This document shows positions 29,963 through 39,630 of a stretch of 56,646 nucleotides of DNA, piece after piece. Position 1 is the stretch's first letter; every line of letters begins with the position of its first letter. The stretch is from positions 1 through 56,646 of the forward strand of contig VGBH01000004.1 in NCBI GenBank assembly GCA_016870575.1. Direction: 5' to 3'. The notes beneath the pieces are model-generated. The model saw nothing but the letters and a program-made list of their open reading frames with translations, made no database searches and was not told the origin of the DNA. Position numbers and translations under genes: made by a program. Origin of the DNA: Actinomycetota bacterium. GTDB taxonomy: Bacteria > Actinomycetota > Actinomycetes > S36-B12 > UBA5976.

Positions 29963-31660
29963 GTGGCGGACCAAAAAGATAAGCGCTCTACCCAAAAAAC
30001 TCCCAAAAAACGTACTGTAGTTAGATTCAAAGCACTTTGGGTTTTATTGGGCTTATTGATTTTGTTAATTGGACTTTACGCAACAATATTCCAGATCTTG
30101 ATGACGCAGGAAGAACAACGTCACAGTTGGGCTGATGGCATTTATTGGGTAGTAGTCACTATGTCTACTCTCGGATACGGTGATATTACTTTTGATTCTT
30201 ATCCTGGACGAATTTTTTCAATCATAGTAATTCTAAGTGGAGTAACGTTCCTGCTAGTTATTTTACCTTTTGTCTTAATCCAATTTGTAGTTATGCCTTG
30301 GATGGAGCGCAGATCAGAAAGCAGAGTTCCTCGAGCCATTGGAGAAGATGTCGAGGGACATGTAATTTTGACAAAAATAAGTCACATCGAAGAATCCCTA
30401 ATTGCTCGCCTGAAGTCTGTTGATATGAAATATGTAGTTTTAATTGAAGATTATGATGAAGCATCACGATTACACGACCTTGGCTATAAAGTCATGCTTG
30501 GTGATTGGGATGATCCAGATACCTATAAGAAAGTAAGAGCTAATCAAGCAGCACTTTTTGTTGCAAATAGAAGTGACGTAATAAACACAAATATCACTTT
30601 TACCTTGCGTGAAGTAGCTCCTAATTTGCCTATTGTTTCAACTGCAGCATCCCATGCATCAGTTGATATTTTAGAGCTTGCTGGCGCTACAAATGTAGTT
30701 GAACTTGGTGTATTGCTTGGCCGCATTATCGCTCAACGAGTACTTGGAACTGATGCTACCGATCACATTGTTGGTCAGGTAAAGGGTATTTCCATTTCTG
30801 AAGTTGGTGTTTCAGGTGCACAATTAGCAGGTAAAACAATTGGTGAAACAGGTATACGCTCAGCAACTGGTGTATCCGTGGTGGGTATTTGGAATCGCGG
30901 AAGATATGACATCGCAACAGCGGAAACATTAATCGAAGCAAATTCAGTATTGATCCTTGCTGGAAGTTTTGAACAGTTAGAAAGTTTTGACCAAAATTTT
31001 AAGTCCAAACAAAATACTGAAGAATCAGTATTGATAATTGGTGGTGGCCGAGTTGGTAGGCAAGTCGGTGAGTCACTCCGGGGTTATGGGCTTAAATACA
31101 AAATTATTGAAAAGCAATCAGAACGAGTGCTAGATCCCGATCATTACATAGCTGGAGATGCGGCCGATCTAAGAGTGCTTGAATCTGCTGGCATTAGATC
31201 TGCACATGCAGTTGCCATCACAACACACGATGACGATGTAAATGTTTATCTAACTATTTACTGTAGACGTTTAAGGCCAGATATTCAGATAATTGCTCGT
31301 GCAAACACGGATCGCAACACTTCTACTTTATACCGAGCTGGTGCCGACGCAGTACTTTCTTATGCTTCAACAGGTGCTACTAACATCTGGAATACCGTTT
31401 TTGCTAGCGATACCGTTTTATTGGCTGATGGTTTAGAGATTAGAACACTATCGACGCCCGATGATCTAGTTAGACAAACCCTCGCAACTTCAGACATAAG
31501 AGAATCAACGGGAGTTAATGTTGTTGCTATTGAGTTCGCTGGAATTGTGGAAACAGACCCAAATCCAAATGAACCAATTCCAGCTGGATCAAACCTAGTG
31601 CTCATTGGCGACGAAGATGCCTTTGTGAAGTTTCACGACACGTACCAAAATTATTCATAA
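29963..31660 (+). CDS. Potassium channel with tandem RCK (TrkA-N/TrkA-C) domains
   Basis: Two TM plus pore filter TMSTLGYGD; two RCK_N/RCK_C pairs, second with GGGRVG. Confidence 0.92.
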   Translation: MADQKDKRSTQKTPKKRTVVRFKALWVLLGLLILLIGLYATIFQILMTQEEQRHSWADGIYWVVVTMSTLGYGDITFDSYPGRIFSIIVILSGVTFLLVILPFVLIQFVVMPWMERRSESRVPRAIGEDVEGHVILTKISHIEESLIARLKSVDMKYVVLIEDYDEASRLHDLGYKVMLGDWDDPDTYKKVRANQAALFVANRSDVINTNITFTLREVAPNLPIVSTAASHASVDILELAGATNVVELGVLLGRIIAQRVLGTDATDHIVGQVKGISISEVGVSGAQLAGKTIGETGIRSATGVSVVGIWNRGRYDIATAETLIEANSVLILAGSFEQLESFDQNFKSKQNTEESVLIIGGGRVGRQVGESLRGYGLKYKIIEKQSERVLDPDHYIAGDAADLRVLESAGIRSAHAVAITTHDDDVNVYLTIYCRRLRPDIQIIARANTDRNTSTLYRAGADAVLSYASTGATNIWNTVFASDTVLLADGLEIRTLSTPDDLVRQTLATSDIRESTGVNVVAIEFAGIVETDPNPNEPIPAGSNLVLIGDEDAFVKFHDTYQNYS

Positions 31661-31663
31661 ACT

Positions 31664-31699
31664 TCAAAGCAGCCAATCCAATAGGACTGGCTGCTTTGA
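31664..31699. terminator. Bidirectional intrinsic terminator
   Basis: Stem TCAAAGCAGCCA / TGGCTGCTTTGA between convergent K+ channel and fasciclin genes. Confidence 0.8.
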
Positions 31700-31707
31700 C
31701 TAATTAA

Positions 31708-32286
31708 TTAAAGCCCAGATAAATCTACGGTAGGCGGTACCAGAACCTGATCAATGATGTGAATTACTCCCCGTCCCCTACAAGTATCACAAGTTTTTGC
31801 TTCAATATCTGCAGTGATAACACTCACGCCATTAACTGTGACACCATTCGCATTATCCATCGCTAGCAACGAACCTTCAAGGCTTAGGATTTCACCTGGA
31901 ACCACATCTGCTGTAAACACTGCGGGTCCGTATGTTCCAGTGTTAATCAAATGGTATGTAAGGATTCGCACTAACAAATTATAATTTTCTGGTAGTAGCA
32001 ACTTATCCAATAAGCCTTCTGGCAATGCTGCGAAGGCATCGTTCGTTGGTGCAAAAACTGTGAAGAATTGAGATCCCTGCATCCTAATCAATTCGCCAGT
32101 TGATTCTAGGGCAGCATAAAAAGTCGAGAGCTCTGGATTTCCCTCAAGTAAGGCAATTAAATCTGATTGGGCTTCAGTTGATACATCAGTGTTATCGACA
32201 GCTGTTTCATCTGAACTAGAGTCAGATCCACATCCAACCAAAACTAGTGATGCAGCAATTGCTATTGCCGCTAATTTTTTCTTCAT
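31708..32286 (-). CDS. Fasciclin (FAS1) domain lipoprotein
   Basis: Signal peptide with lipobox LVGC; H1 FTVFAPTNDAF, ILTYH, H2 GVIHIIDQVL; GGAGG RBS before ATG 32286. Confidence 0.92.
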   Translation of the reverse strand: MKKKLAAIAIAASLVLVGCGSDSSSDETAVDNTDVSTEAQSDLIALLEGNPELSTFYAALESTGELIRMQGSQFFTVFAPTNDAFAALPEGLLDKLLLPENYNLLVRILTYHLINTGTYGPAVFTADVVPGEILSLEGSLLAMDNANGVTVNGVSVITADIEAKTCDTCRGRGVIHIIDQVLVPPTVDLSGL

Positions 32287-32420
32287 ATTGTTCCTCCATA
32301 TTGGGTCACGACTTTGCGTTATCAGTATACTGCTGAATTCGTAATTTGTTATCCCCAGATTACCTAAAGCCAGCAATTCGCTCGCTTTCATAAATGATGC
32401 CTACTAGTAAATCATTTCAG

Positions 32421-32492
32421 AGCCGCCTCCGGGAATTGAACCCGGGACCTACGCATTACGAGTGCGTTGCTCTACCCCTGAGCTAAGGCGGC
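32421..32492 (-). tRNA. tRNA-Thr(CGT)
   Basis: GCCGCCT acceptor stem, anticodon arm ACGCA-CTCGTAA-TGCGT, T-loop GGTTCAATTCC; CCA not encoded. Confidence 0.96.
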
Positions 32493-32529
32493 GAAACCCG
32501 ATAACCCTAATTGATATAAATTTTTTGGT

Positions 32530-34029
32530 TTATCTCCGCCTTATCGCTGGACAAATCTCGCCATTCTTAGGCAAGGTTCCAAATATCAAATACTCATTAA
32601 CTATGCCATCAACACATAAAGAGCCGCGTCGGTATGCAGTGTGACCATCTCCAACCCATTCCAGTACAACCGAATTTGAAATTTGTTTTGAAAGTGAATA
32701 GGTCCACGCAATTGGAGTTGCTGGATCATAAGTAGTTCCAATAATTAAGATTGGTTGAGTGGGTGTTGCATTAACTCTGCGCACCGTTTCTAGATTCTTT
32801 CCCTTCCAACCAAGACATGCTGATGAACCCCAGCCAAAAAGTGGAGCGAAAAATCTTGAAGCTTCAGTAAGTCGTTGAACTTCATTTGGTAACTCAGTAG
32901 GAGATAACGAATCTCCATAATCAACACAATTGACTGCATAAAGTGCGGCGAGAGAATTGTCTTGATATTTTCCATTACCCCCTCGACTATTTGCGAGATC
33001 TGACAAAAAAAGCATAAACTGGCCATCACCTTCAAGGGCATCACCTAAGACCATTTTTAGATATGGCCAAAACTCTTCATCATCATAAAGACCAATCAGA
33101 ATTGCTGTAGTGGCATGAGATTCGGTTAGTACCCGGCCATCTGGTCCTCGTAGTGGCTGCTCATCCAATGCAGCAAGAAAATCAATTAACTGCTGGTAAG
33201 CGTTATCTAAAGGACCATCTAATGGACAACCGAGTTCTGATAAGCAGTTAGAGATAAACCTATTCAATGTTAATTCAAATGACTTTATTTGAGTTAAGTT
33301 TTGATCAAAATCAACATCTGGATCAACCGCACCATCTAGAACCATACGACCAACTCGATCTGGAAATAATTCCGCGTACAAAGCCCCTAACAAAGTGCCA
33401 TAAGATTTACCAAGTAAATTGAGTTTCTGCTCACCTAAGGCAGCACGCAGAACATCCATATCCCGCGCTACATTCCACGAGCCTATATGACGCCACGTAT
33501 CAGGATTTTTTTCTTGACAAGATTTAGCAAATCGTTCAACCCATTGATTCCAGTATGCAATTTCTTTTTCAGTATCTGGCGTTTCATCAATACTTAGAAA
33601 CTGATCTGTCTCAGCATCAGTCAAACAAGAAATAGGTTCTGATTCACCAACTCCGCGAGGATCAAAGCCAACAATGTCGAACCTGTTTAACACACTTATT
33701 GATGCAGTTGTTTGGCCGCCTTGAGCAAAACCAATACCAGACCCACCAGGTCCACCTGGGTTTACTATCAAACTGCCTATTCGTTTTTGTGTTTGATTGG
33801 CTGGATCTCTAGTTAGTGACAGTCGAAAAACTCCTAAGGATAAATCTTGATAATCAATTGGGACATAGATTTCACCACATTGAAACAACCCACATTTTTT
33901 CCAAGTTATGGTCTGTTGGTAAAAGTCTTCAATCGACGAGAAATCGCTAATTGTTTTTGCAGGCTCTGAATTGGCGCAACCTACCAAAAGCCCTATCGAA
34001 ATAAGTAACGAGATTAATAGTTTCTTCAC
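32530..34029 (-). CDS. Lipoprotein alpha/beta hydrolase (TAP-like / Hip1-type peptidase)
   Basis: Lipobox LVGC, VNPGGPGGSG, GFDPRGVG, GKSYGT nucleophile, DPATP, GHTAY. Confidence 0.92.
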   Translation of the reverse strand: MKKLLISLLISIGLLVGCANSEPAKTISDFSSIEDFYQQTITWKKCGLFQCGEIYVPIDYQDLSLGVFRLSLTRDPANQTQKRIGSLIVNPGGPGGSGIGFAQGGQTTASISVLNRFDIVGFDPRGVGESEPISCLTDAETDQFLSIDETPDTEKEIAYWNQWVERFAKSCQEKNPDTWRHIGSWNVARDMDVLRAALGEQKLNLLGKSYGTLLGALYAELFPDRVGRMVLDGAVDPDVDFDQNLTQIKSFELTLNRFISNCLSELGCPLDGPLDNAYQQLIDFLAALDEQPLRGPDGRVLTESHATTAILIGLYDDEEFWPYLKMVLGDALEGDGQFMLFLSDLANSRGGNGKYQDNSLAALYAVNCVDYGDSLSPTELPNEVQRLTEASRFFAPLFGWGSSACLGWKGKNLETVRRVNATPTQPILIIGTTYDPATPIAWTYSLSKQISNSVVLEWVGDGHTAYRRGSLCVDGIVNEYLIFGTLPKNGEICPAIRRR

Positions 34030-35201
34030 GCTGTCCTGGCCAAATTGATTAACAGGCTTTCAATCACTAAAAGTGGATTAGCAGAGACAGAGATGGCTGT
34101 GCGAGAATCCTGTATCGCATCAAGAGCTCTTCTAGTAGCCATTGGGGTGGCTCTGGCAGCAAGTCGTTCAATAGTTGATTTTAATTCTTGATTAATTAGT
34201 TCAACTTCCACACCCAACTGAACAAACAACACATCGCGATACAAACTCAACAAATCTTGTAATGCACGATCTAGTTGATCTCTGGTTGTACGGGTTCGTC
34301 TTGATTTTTGATCGTCTTTCAAATCCCGCATTGCTCCTCGAGCAAGAAAATCAACTCTTGATTGCTTTACACCTTGAGTGCCAGCTCCATATGCAGTCAA
34401 AAGCTCTAATTTTTCATTTTCATCTCGCTCATCTTGAACTTCCAAAACTAATTCCATAATGCTGTTGTGCAGCAACTGAGCCTGAATAAAACAAGCAGGA
34501 AGACTGTCTAACTTAAGCGGTATTTGCAGCGTCTGCTCTCTTCGCTCTCTGGCGCGAGGATCAGTTGCTAATGCCTTTGCTACCCCAACGTGACCTAGTG
34601 CAGCCTTAGCTACAAAACTTGCTAACTCCGGTTCAACTTTATTTCGCTCAACTAACAACCGAGCAACTTCACTTGTTCGAGGTAAACGCATTCCTAAATG
34701 CCGACATCTACTTCTAATAGTAGGTAAAACGTCTTCTGCAGTTGGCGCACATAAGATGAAAAAAGTGTTTCGGGCTGGTTCTTCTAAACTTTTTAGTAGT
34801 GCATTAGCTGCAGGCACAGTTAATCGATCAGCGTCTTCAATTATTACAACTTGCCAATTCCCACTTGATGGTTCCAACGCTGCTTTTTGAATAAGTTCTC
34901 GGACTTCTTCAATGCCAATGGATAATCCAGCAGGAGTGAGTAATGAGACATCTCGATGTGCATTATTTATAACTTGCTGACAACTCTGACACGCAGCACA
35001 ACCACCTTGGTTGCACTGAATTGCAGCCGCGAATGCTCGAGCAGCAACTGAACGACCAGATCCAGGTGGTCCGGTAATTAGCCAAGTTTGAGTAAACGCA
35101 GGTGATGCTGAATTGGACTTTGCTTTTTCCGCATCAATTACTGCTAGCTTCAATTGACTAATAACTTCTTCTTGATCAACGACTTCTTGCCAAACGGTCA
35201 T
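34026..35201 (-). CDS. holB: DNA polymerase III subunit delta'
   Basis: WLITGPPGSGRS, Cys cluster, IEDADRL, NALLKSLEEP, TIRSRC; follows tmk. Confidence 0.95.
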   Translation of the reverse strand: MTVWQEVVDQEEVISQLKLAVIDAEKAKSNSASPAFTQTWLITGPPGSGRSVAARAFAAAIQCNQGGCAACQSCQQVINNAHRDVSLLTPAGLSIGIEEVRELIQKAALEPSSGNWQVVIIEDADRLTVPAANALLKSLEEPARNTFFILCAPTAEDVLPTIRSRCRHLGMRLPRTSEVARLLVERNKVEPELASFVAKAALGHVGVAKALATDPRARERREQTLQIPLKLDSLPACFIQAQLLHNSIMELVLEVQDERDENEKLELLTAYGAGTQGVKQSRVDFLARGAMRDLKDDQKSRRTRTTRDQLDRALQDLLSLYRDVLFVQLGVEVELINQELKSTIERLAARATPMATRRALDAIQDSRTAISVSANPLLVIESLLINLARTA

Positions 35202-35851
35202 AAAGCAAGTCTCGATTGCACTTCATCAAAAACAATATTGCTAATCTCATTAGTATCTAGCGATGCGTCCACAAGCAAAAAGCGATTTGGTTCATTTTGG
35301 GCAAGTTCGCGAAAAGCATTTCTTACCAATCGGTGAAAATTCAACTCTAAAGACTCTAATCTATCTGGCGAACTGACTCTATTCATGCCAATTATTGGAT
35401 CCAAATCCAAAACAATAGTTAAGTCTGGCAACAAGCCTCTTGTTGCCCAAAGTGAAAGCACTTTAACTTCTTCAGAACCTAACTTTCTGGCATATCCTTG
35501 GTAAGCAACAGATGAATCCAAGTATCGATCTGCGAGCACAACATTCCCATCTGCTAACGCTGGGTCAATTACATTTGCAACAACATCAGCACGGGCTGCT
35601 GCAAATAGCAGAGCTTCAGCCCTATCAGTTAGTTGATGGTATTCATTTCCAAGCAATATTGCGCGAATGGCTTCTGCTGCTTTAGTTCCACCTGGCTCGC
35701 GTGTAGTAACAACTGATTTCCCTAATTCAATAAGTTTGTTTTTTAGTATCTGAATTTGAGTACTTTTGCCAACACCTTCGCCACCTTCAAAAGAAACAAA
35801 GAATCCTGGCCGAGCAGATCTATCAGGTATTTGCGGCAATGTGGGTTTCAC
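35198..35851 (-). CDS. tmk: Thymidylate kinase
   Basis: FEGGEGVGKST, REPGGT, DRYLDSSVAYQG; TAAAGT box 7 nt before GTG. Confidence 0.96.
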   Translation of the reverse strand: MKPTLPQIPDRSARPGFFVSFEGGEGVGKSTQIQILKNKLIELGKSVVTTREPGGTKAAEAIRAILLGNEYHQLTDRAEALLFAAARADVVANVIDPALADGNVVLADRYLDSSVAYQGYARKLGSEEVKVLSLWATRGLLPDLTIVLDLDPIIGMNRVSSPDRLESLELNFHRLVRNAFRELAQNEPNRFLLVDASLDTNEISNIVFDEVQSRLAL

Positions 35852-35873
35852 GAGTAGAACTTTACGCTCTGGC

Positions 35874-38546
35874 TCAGACCTGAGTTGGCGTTGCGCTTAA
35901 CTCGGTTAAATCAACTAACTCGGCCTCATTGGGTTTTGGTTTTGAGGCAGATTTCTTGGCTTTCTTTGCCGGCGTCTTCTTGGCAGGTTTGGCTGTTTTT
36001 TTAACTGCCTTCTTAACTGTCTTCTTTGTTCGCTTCTTCGCAGGACCTGCAGCACGTCTAATTGAAAGCAGTTCAACTGCGCGCTCATGATCAATTGTTT
36101 CAATCGAGTCACCACTTCGCAATGATGCATTAGTTGTGCCATCTGTTACGTAAAGCCCAAAACGGCCTTCACGCAAGGTTATTGCAGCTTCTGAGTTTGG
36201 GTCTATACCTAATTCCTTAAGCGGTGCTTTAGGTTGTGCTCCACGACGTATTTTTGGTTGAGCATAAATCGCTAATGCTTGTTCTAAATTGATTGTGAAG
36301 ATTTCTTCTTCACTAGTAAGTGACCTGGAATCTTTGCCGCGAGTTAAGTATGGGCCAAATTTTCCATTTCTCGCCTCAATTGGCAAATTCAATTCTGGAT
36401 CAACACCAACAGTTCTAGGAAGCGAAAGTAAAGAGATTGCTTGTTCTAGAGTTAATGTAGATAAATCCATCGATTTGAAAAGTGATGCAGTTGGTGCTTT
36501 CTCAGTTGAATCTTCTGGCATCACCTCTGTTACATATGGCCCAAATCTTCCAGCTTTTGCCACAATCATTCGACCTGTTTCGGGATTAATTCCTAATTCG
36601 CGTTCATCTAATTTCTGTTGTAATAGTCGCTCCGCAACTTCAGCTGTTAATTCATCTGGAGCCATATCTGGCGGAATAGACCCGCGTTCTTCGCCACGCT
36701 CAACGTAGGGTCCATAACGACCAACGCGTACAGTTATATCTGTGCCATCAATTGCAATGGTGGAATTAGCTCGTGCATCAATTTCTCCTGCACTTTCTAA
36801 TAGTGGATGCAAACCTGGAAATTGAAGATTATTATCGCCAAAATAAAAACTTCTCAAGACAAACAGTCGATCTAGTTCGCCATTTGCAATCTGGTCTAGT
36901 TCTTCTTCCATTGCTGCAGTAAAGTCATAATCAACCAATCTTCCAAAGTGCCCTTCAAGCAAACGAGTAACTGCAAATCCCAACCAAGTTGGAACTAATG
37001 CTTTACCGACTCTTCGCACATACTCTCTAGCAACAATTGTCTCAATAATTGATGCGTAGGTTGATGGTCGCCCAATTCCACGTTCTTCAAGTTCCTTAAC
37101 TAGCGATGCTTCACTGTATCTTGCAGGAGGTTTTGTGCTATGTCCATCAGCAGACAACTCAGTTGCAGTTAATTGATCACCGACAGCTAGTGGCGGTAAC
37201 ACGGCAGTGTCTTCTTCATCAGATAGATCTTCTTTAACCTCATCCAACGCAGCTTTAAATCCTGGTCGAGTAATAACTGTGCCAGATGCAGCAAAAACTA
37301 ACTCGGCATTCTTGGTTTTAGTTTCCAGCCTAACTTGAGTATTAAATCCCAAGGCATCCGCCATTTGAGAAGCTAATGTTCTTCGCCAAATTAAATCGTA
37401 AAGTGCAAATTCATCTCCACGAATTTCGCCCTGTAATTCTGCTGGTGTGCGAAACACTGATCCTGCCGGGCGGATTGCTTCATGTGCTTCTTGGGCATTC
37501 TTTACTTTATTAGCATATTTTCGCGGAACATCTGCCACATTCTCTGCGCCAAAAATCTCTCGTGCTTGTGTTTGTGCAGCCGTTGTTGCTTGTTCGGATA
37601 AATTCGTTGAATCTGTTCGCATATAGGTTATATAACCGCGCTCATATAACCCTTGTGCAATTTGCATTGTGCGTCTAGATCCCCAACCCATTTTGCTACT
37701 TGCAGTCCTTTGCAAGGTTGAAGTAATAAAAGGGGCTGGAGGTTTAAATGTTCTTGGCTCTTCGGTAATGTTTGATACTGTGAAAGTTGCTAAAGTTAAA
37801 TCTGAAACCAATTGATTTGTTTGATCTTCAGAAAGCACAACCCTGTCTGTACGATTTAGTTGTCCTTTATCATCAAAGTCATTACCCGATGCAATTCGAA
37901 TTTGATCTAACTCAAAAAGTTTTGCCCTGAAGTTACCTGGTGTCATAATTGCCGAGATATCCCAATATTGTGCGGATTTAAAAGCCATCCGTTCACGTTC
38001 TCGTTCCACAATTAATCTCGTAGCAACGGACTGAACTCGTCCAGCACTTGATCCAGGTTGAACTTTTCGCCACAAAACTGGAGATACTTCATATCCATAC
38101 AAACGGTCAATAATTCTTCTTGACTCTTGCGCATCAATTAATTTTCGATCAAGGTCTCTTGTGTGATTTAGCGCTTCGCGAATCGCATCTTTGGTAATTT
38201 CATTAAAAACCATTCGGCTAAATGGAATTTTTGGCTCTAATGCTTCTACTAAATGCCAAGCAATCGCTTCGCCTTCGCGATCTTCGTCTGTTGCTAGCAA
38301 TAACTCGTCAGCAGATTTCATAAGTTTTTTTAATTCAGCTATTTTTGCTTTTTTACTGTCATCCAATTCATAGGTGGGAGCAAAATCATTATCAACATCG
38401 ACCGCTAATCCGCTGCTACGCAAATCCCGAATATGACCAACTGAGGCAGCCACGGTAAATCCAGCGCCCAGGTAGCCTTCGATGGTTTTAGCCTTTGCTG
38501 GAGATTCCACAATTACCAGCTTTTGACCACTATTTGCCTTGCTCAA
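35874..38546 (-). CDS. topA: DNA topoisomerase I (actinobacterial type with C-terminal repeats and Lys-rich tail)
   Basis: LVIVESPAKAKTI, ATDEDREGEAI, SAGRVQS, GYITYMRTDS, repeated GRFGPY. Start set at TTG 38546 after AAGGAG. Confidence 0.97.
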   Translation of the reverse strand: MSKANSGQKLVIVESPAKAKTIEGYLGAGFTVAASVGHIRDLRSSGLAVDVDNDFAPTYELDDSKKAKIAELKKLMKSADELLLATDEDREGEAIAWHLVEALEPKIPFSRMVFNEITKDAIREALNHTRDLDRKLIDAQESRRIIDRLYGYEVSPVLWRKVQPGSSAGRVQSVATRLIVERERERMAFKSAQYWDISAIMTPGNFRAKLFELDQIRIASGNDFDDKGQLNRTDRVVLSEDQTNQLVSDLTLATFTVSNITEEPRTFKPPAPFITSTLQRTASSKMGWGSRRTMQIAQGLYERGYITYMRTDSTNLSEQATTAAQTQAREIFGAENVADVPRKYANKVKNAQEAHEAIRPAGSVFRTPAELQGEIRGDEFALYDLIWRRTLASQMADALGFNTQVRLETKTKNAELVFAASGTVITRPGFKAALDEVKEDLSDEEDTAVLPPLAVGDQLTATELSADGHSTKPPARYSEASLVKELEERGIGRPSTYASIIETIVAREYVRRVGKALVPTWLGFAVTRLLEGHFGRLVDYDFTAAMEEELDQIANGELDRLFVLRSFYFGDNNLQFPGLHPLLESAGEIDARANSTIAIDGTDITVRVGRYGPYVERGEERGSIPPDMAPDELTAEVAERLLQQKLDERELGINPETGRMIVAKAGRFGPYVTEVMPEDSTEKAPTASLFKSMDLSTLTLEQAISLLSLPRTVGVDPELNLPIEARNGKFGPYLTRGKDSRSLTSEEEIFTINLEQALAIYAQPKIRRGAQPKAPLKELGIDPNSEAAITLREGRFGLYVTDGTTNASLRSGDSIETIDHERAVELLSIRRAAGPAKKRTKKTVKKAVKKTAKPAKKTPAKKAKKSASKPKPNEAELVDLTELSATPTQV

Positions 38547-38652
38547 CCGACTCCTTATTAATAGCAACCGACGCGGATTGTTGCGTGTTCCTGCTCCCCA
38601 TTGTCAAATGTCCCTCGGGGATTTCGGCGTGGCGCAAGTTAGCAATTGGCTT

Positions 38653-38991
38653 TTACCAGCCAGCAGTCGCCTGGGCAAATAGTGGGATTGGCCTAGTAAA
38701 CAATCGAATTTCCGCTTTACCTCCAACCGTTATCCAGTCATCTGAACCATCGCAATAAGTAAGCGTAAAACCAGATTTATTCAACTCACTTTTAGCTTGC
38801 TGACATGCCATTTCTACCATCGGCAGCCTAATTGCGGCAGACAATGCAGCAAGATCAGTAGCTGAATTCAATTTGTGCTTGTTAATCAAAATTCCAACTG
38901 CTGCAACAGTTAAGCTAAACAAAATTATTAAAGCAAAAATTAATCCCGCTATTGCCACCGTGGCAGAACCACGTTCACCCAACTGTTTCAT
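38653..38991 (-). CDS. TadE/G-like pseudopilin (Rv3654c family)
   Basis: ERGSATV prepilin site, TM helix, ATDLAALSAA, two Cys, AQATAG end. Confidence 0.85.
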   Translation of the reverse strand: MKQLGERGSATVAIAGLIFALIILFSLTVAAVGILINKHKLNSATDLAALSAAIRLPMVEMACQQAKSELNKSGFTLTYCDGSDDWITVGGKAEIRLFTRPIPLFAQATAGW

Positions 38992-39299
38992 TCCACTACT
39001 ACTTCAGCTTTTGCAGTTTAATAAATAGGTCGAAACCAAAACGATAAGTCACGACTTGCCTGCACCAAAATAATTCCTGCCTGATATTGTTGAGTAATTT
39101 CAATCTCATCTGGTGCAACAAATACTTCACCTCTGGCAGCCAATCGAGCTGAATTATGCGCCGCATCAATTAGTTGTAATTGGGTTAAGAAAATAGCAAG
39201 AGCAGATAATGCCATCAAAAAAACAAAAGTTAATGTTGTTAACCCAATTGCTAACTCAACCGTCACCATACCCTGGGTAGAGCGGATATGTTGCCACAT
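38988..39299 (-). pseudogene. TadE-family pseudopilin (Rv3655c-like) with an in-frame TAA 10 codons before the natural end
   Basis: QGMVTVELAIGL prepilin motif, AAHNSARLAARGE. After TAA (39018-20) the frame continues TAKAEVVVE-TGA, and that TGA overlaps the next ATG (ATGA). Start may be 39326. Confidence 0.7.
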
Positions 39300-39319
39300 C
39301 CGCTCTACCCATTTTCTAT

Positions 39320-39523
39320 TTACCATGGAATAAAAACCGACAAGGCTTTCTTCACCAAAGTCCACAAAACATCTTGTGCAGCAGCTCCAGTTAAGACCTT
39401 GAGTAGTCCACCAGCGAAACCACAAGCAGCTAAGGTTCCCATAGCATATTCAGCACTAATCATCCCAGAGGTATTTCCGGCGTAACGCTTAATCAAACTA
39501 ACCAAATTGATAAGTCGATTCAT
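39320..39523 (-). CDS. Flp-type pilin, DUF4244 family (Rv3656c-like)
   Basis: SGMISAEYAMGTLAACGFAGGL (G/xxxxEY Flp motif) within the tad cluster. Confidence 0.88.
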   Translation of the reverse strand: MNRLINLVSLIKRYAGNTSGMISAEYAMGTLAACGFAGGLLKVLTGAAAQDVLWTLVKKALSVFIPW

Positions 39524-39630
39524 TTCATCCCTCACTCATTTTTGTCGCGATCTGCAACAATCCGATTGTCAGAGATTTCAAACGAAAATTAGAAAGAAAT
39601 GTGAATCTGTTAATTCTTTGCGATTGTGGA

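Noticed and set aside
35940-36045. Lys/Ala-rich low-complexity repeats at the end of topA
   Set aside because: Known feature of actinobacterial TopA C-terminal tails.
25727-39020. Stop-codon reassignment or readthrough as an explanation for the in-frame stops in the aquaporin (TAA), tadE (TAA) and nfeD (TAG)
   Set aside because: TAA and TAG end many intact conserved genes here at their expected C-termini, the two TAAs replace different inferred residues (Gln, Leu), and none of the four tRNAs is a suppressor.
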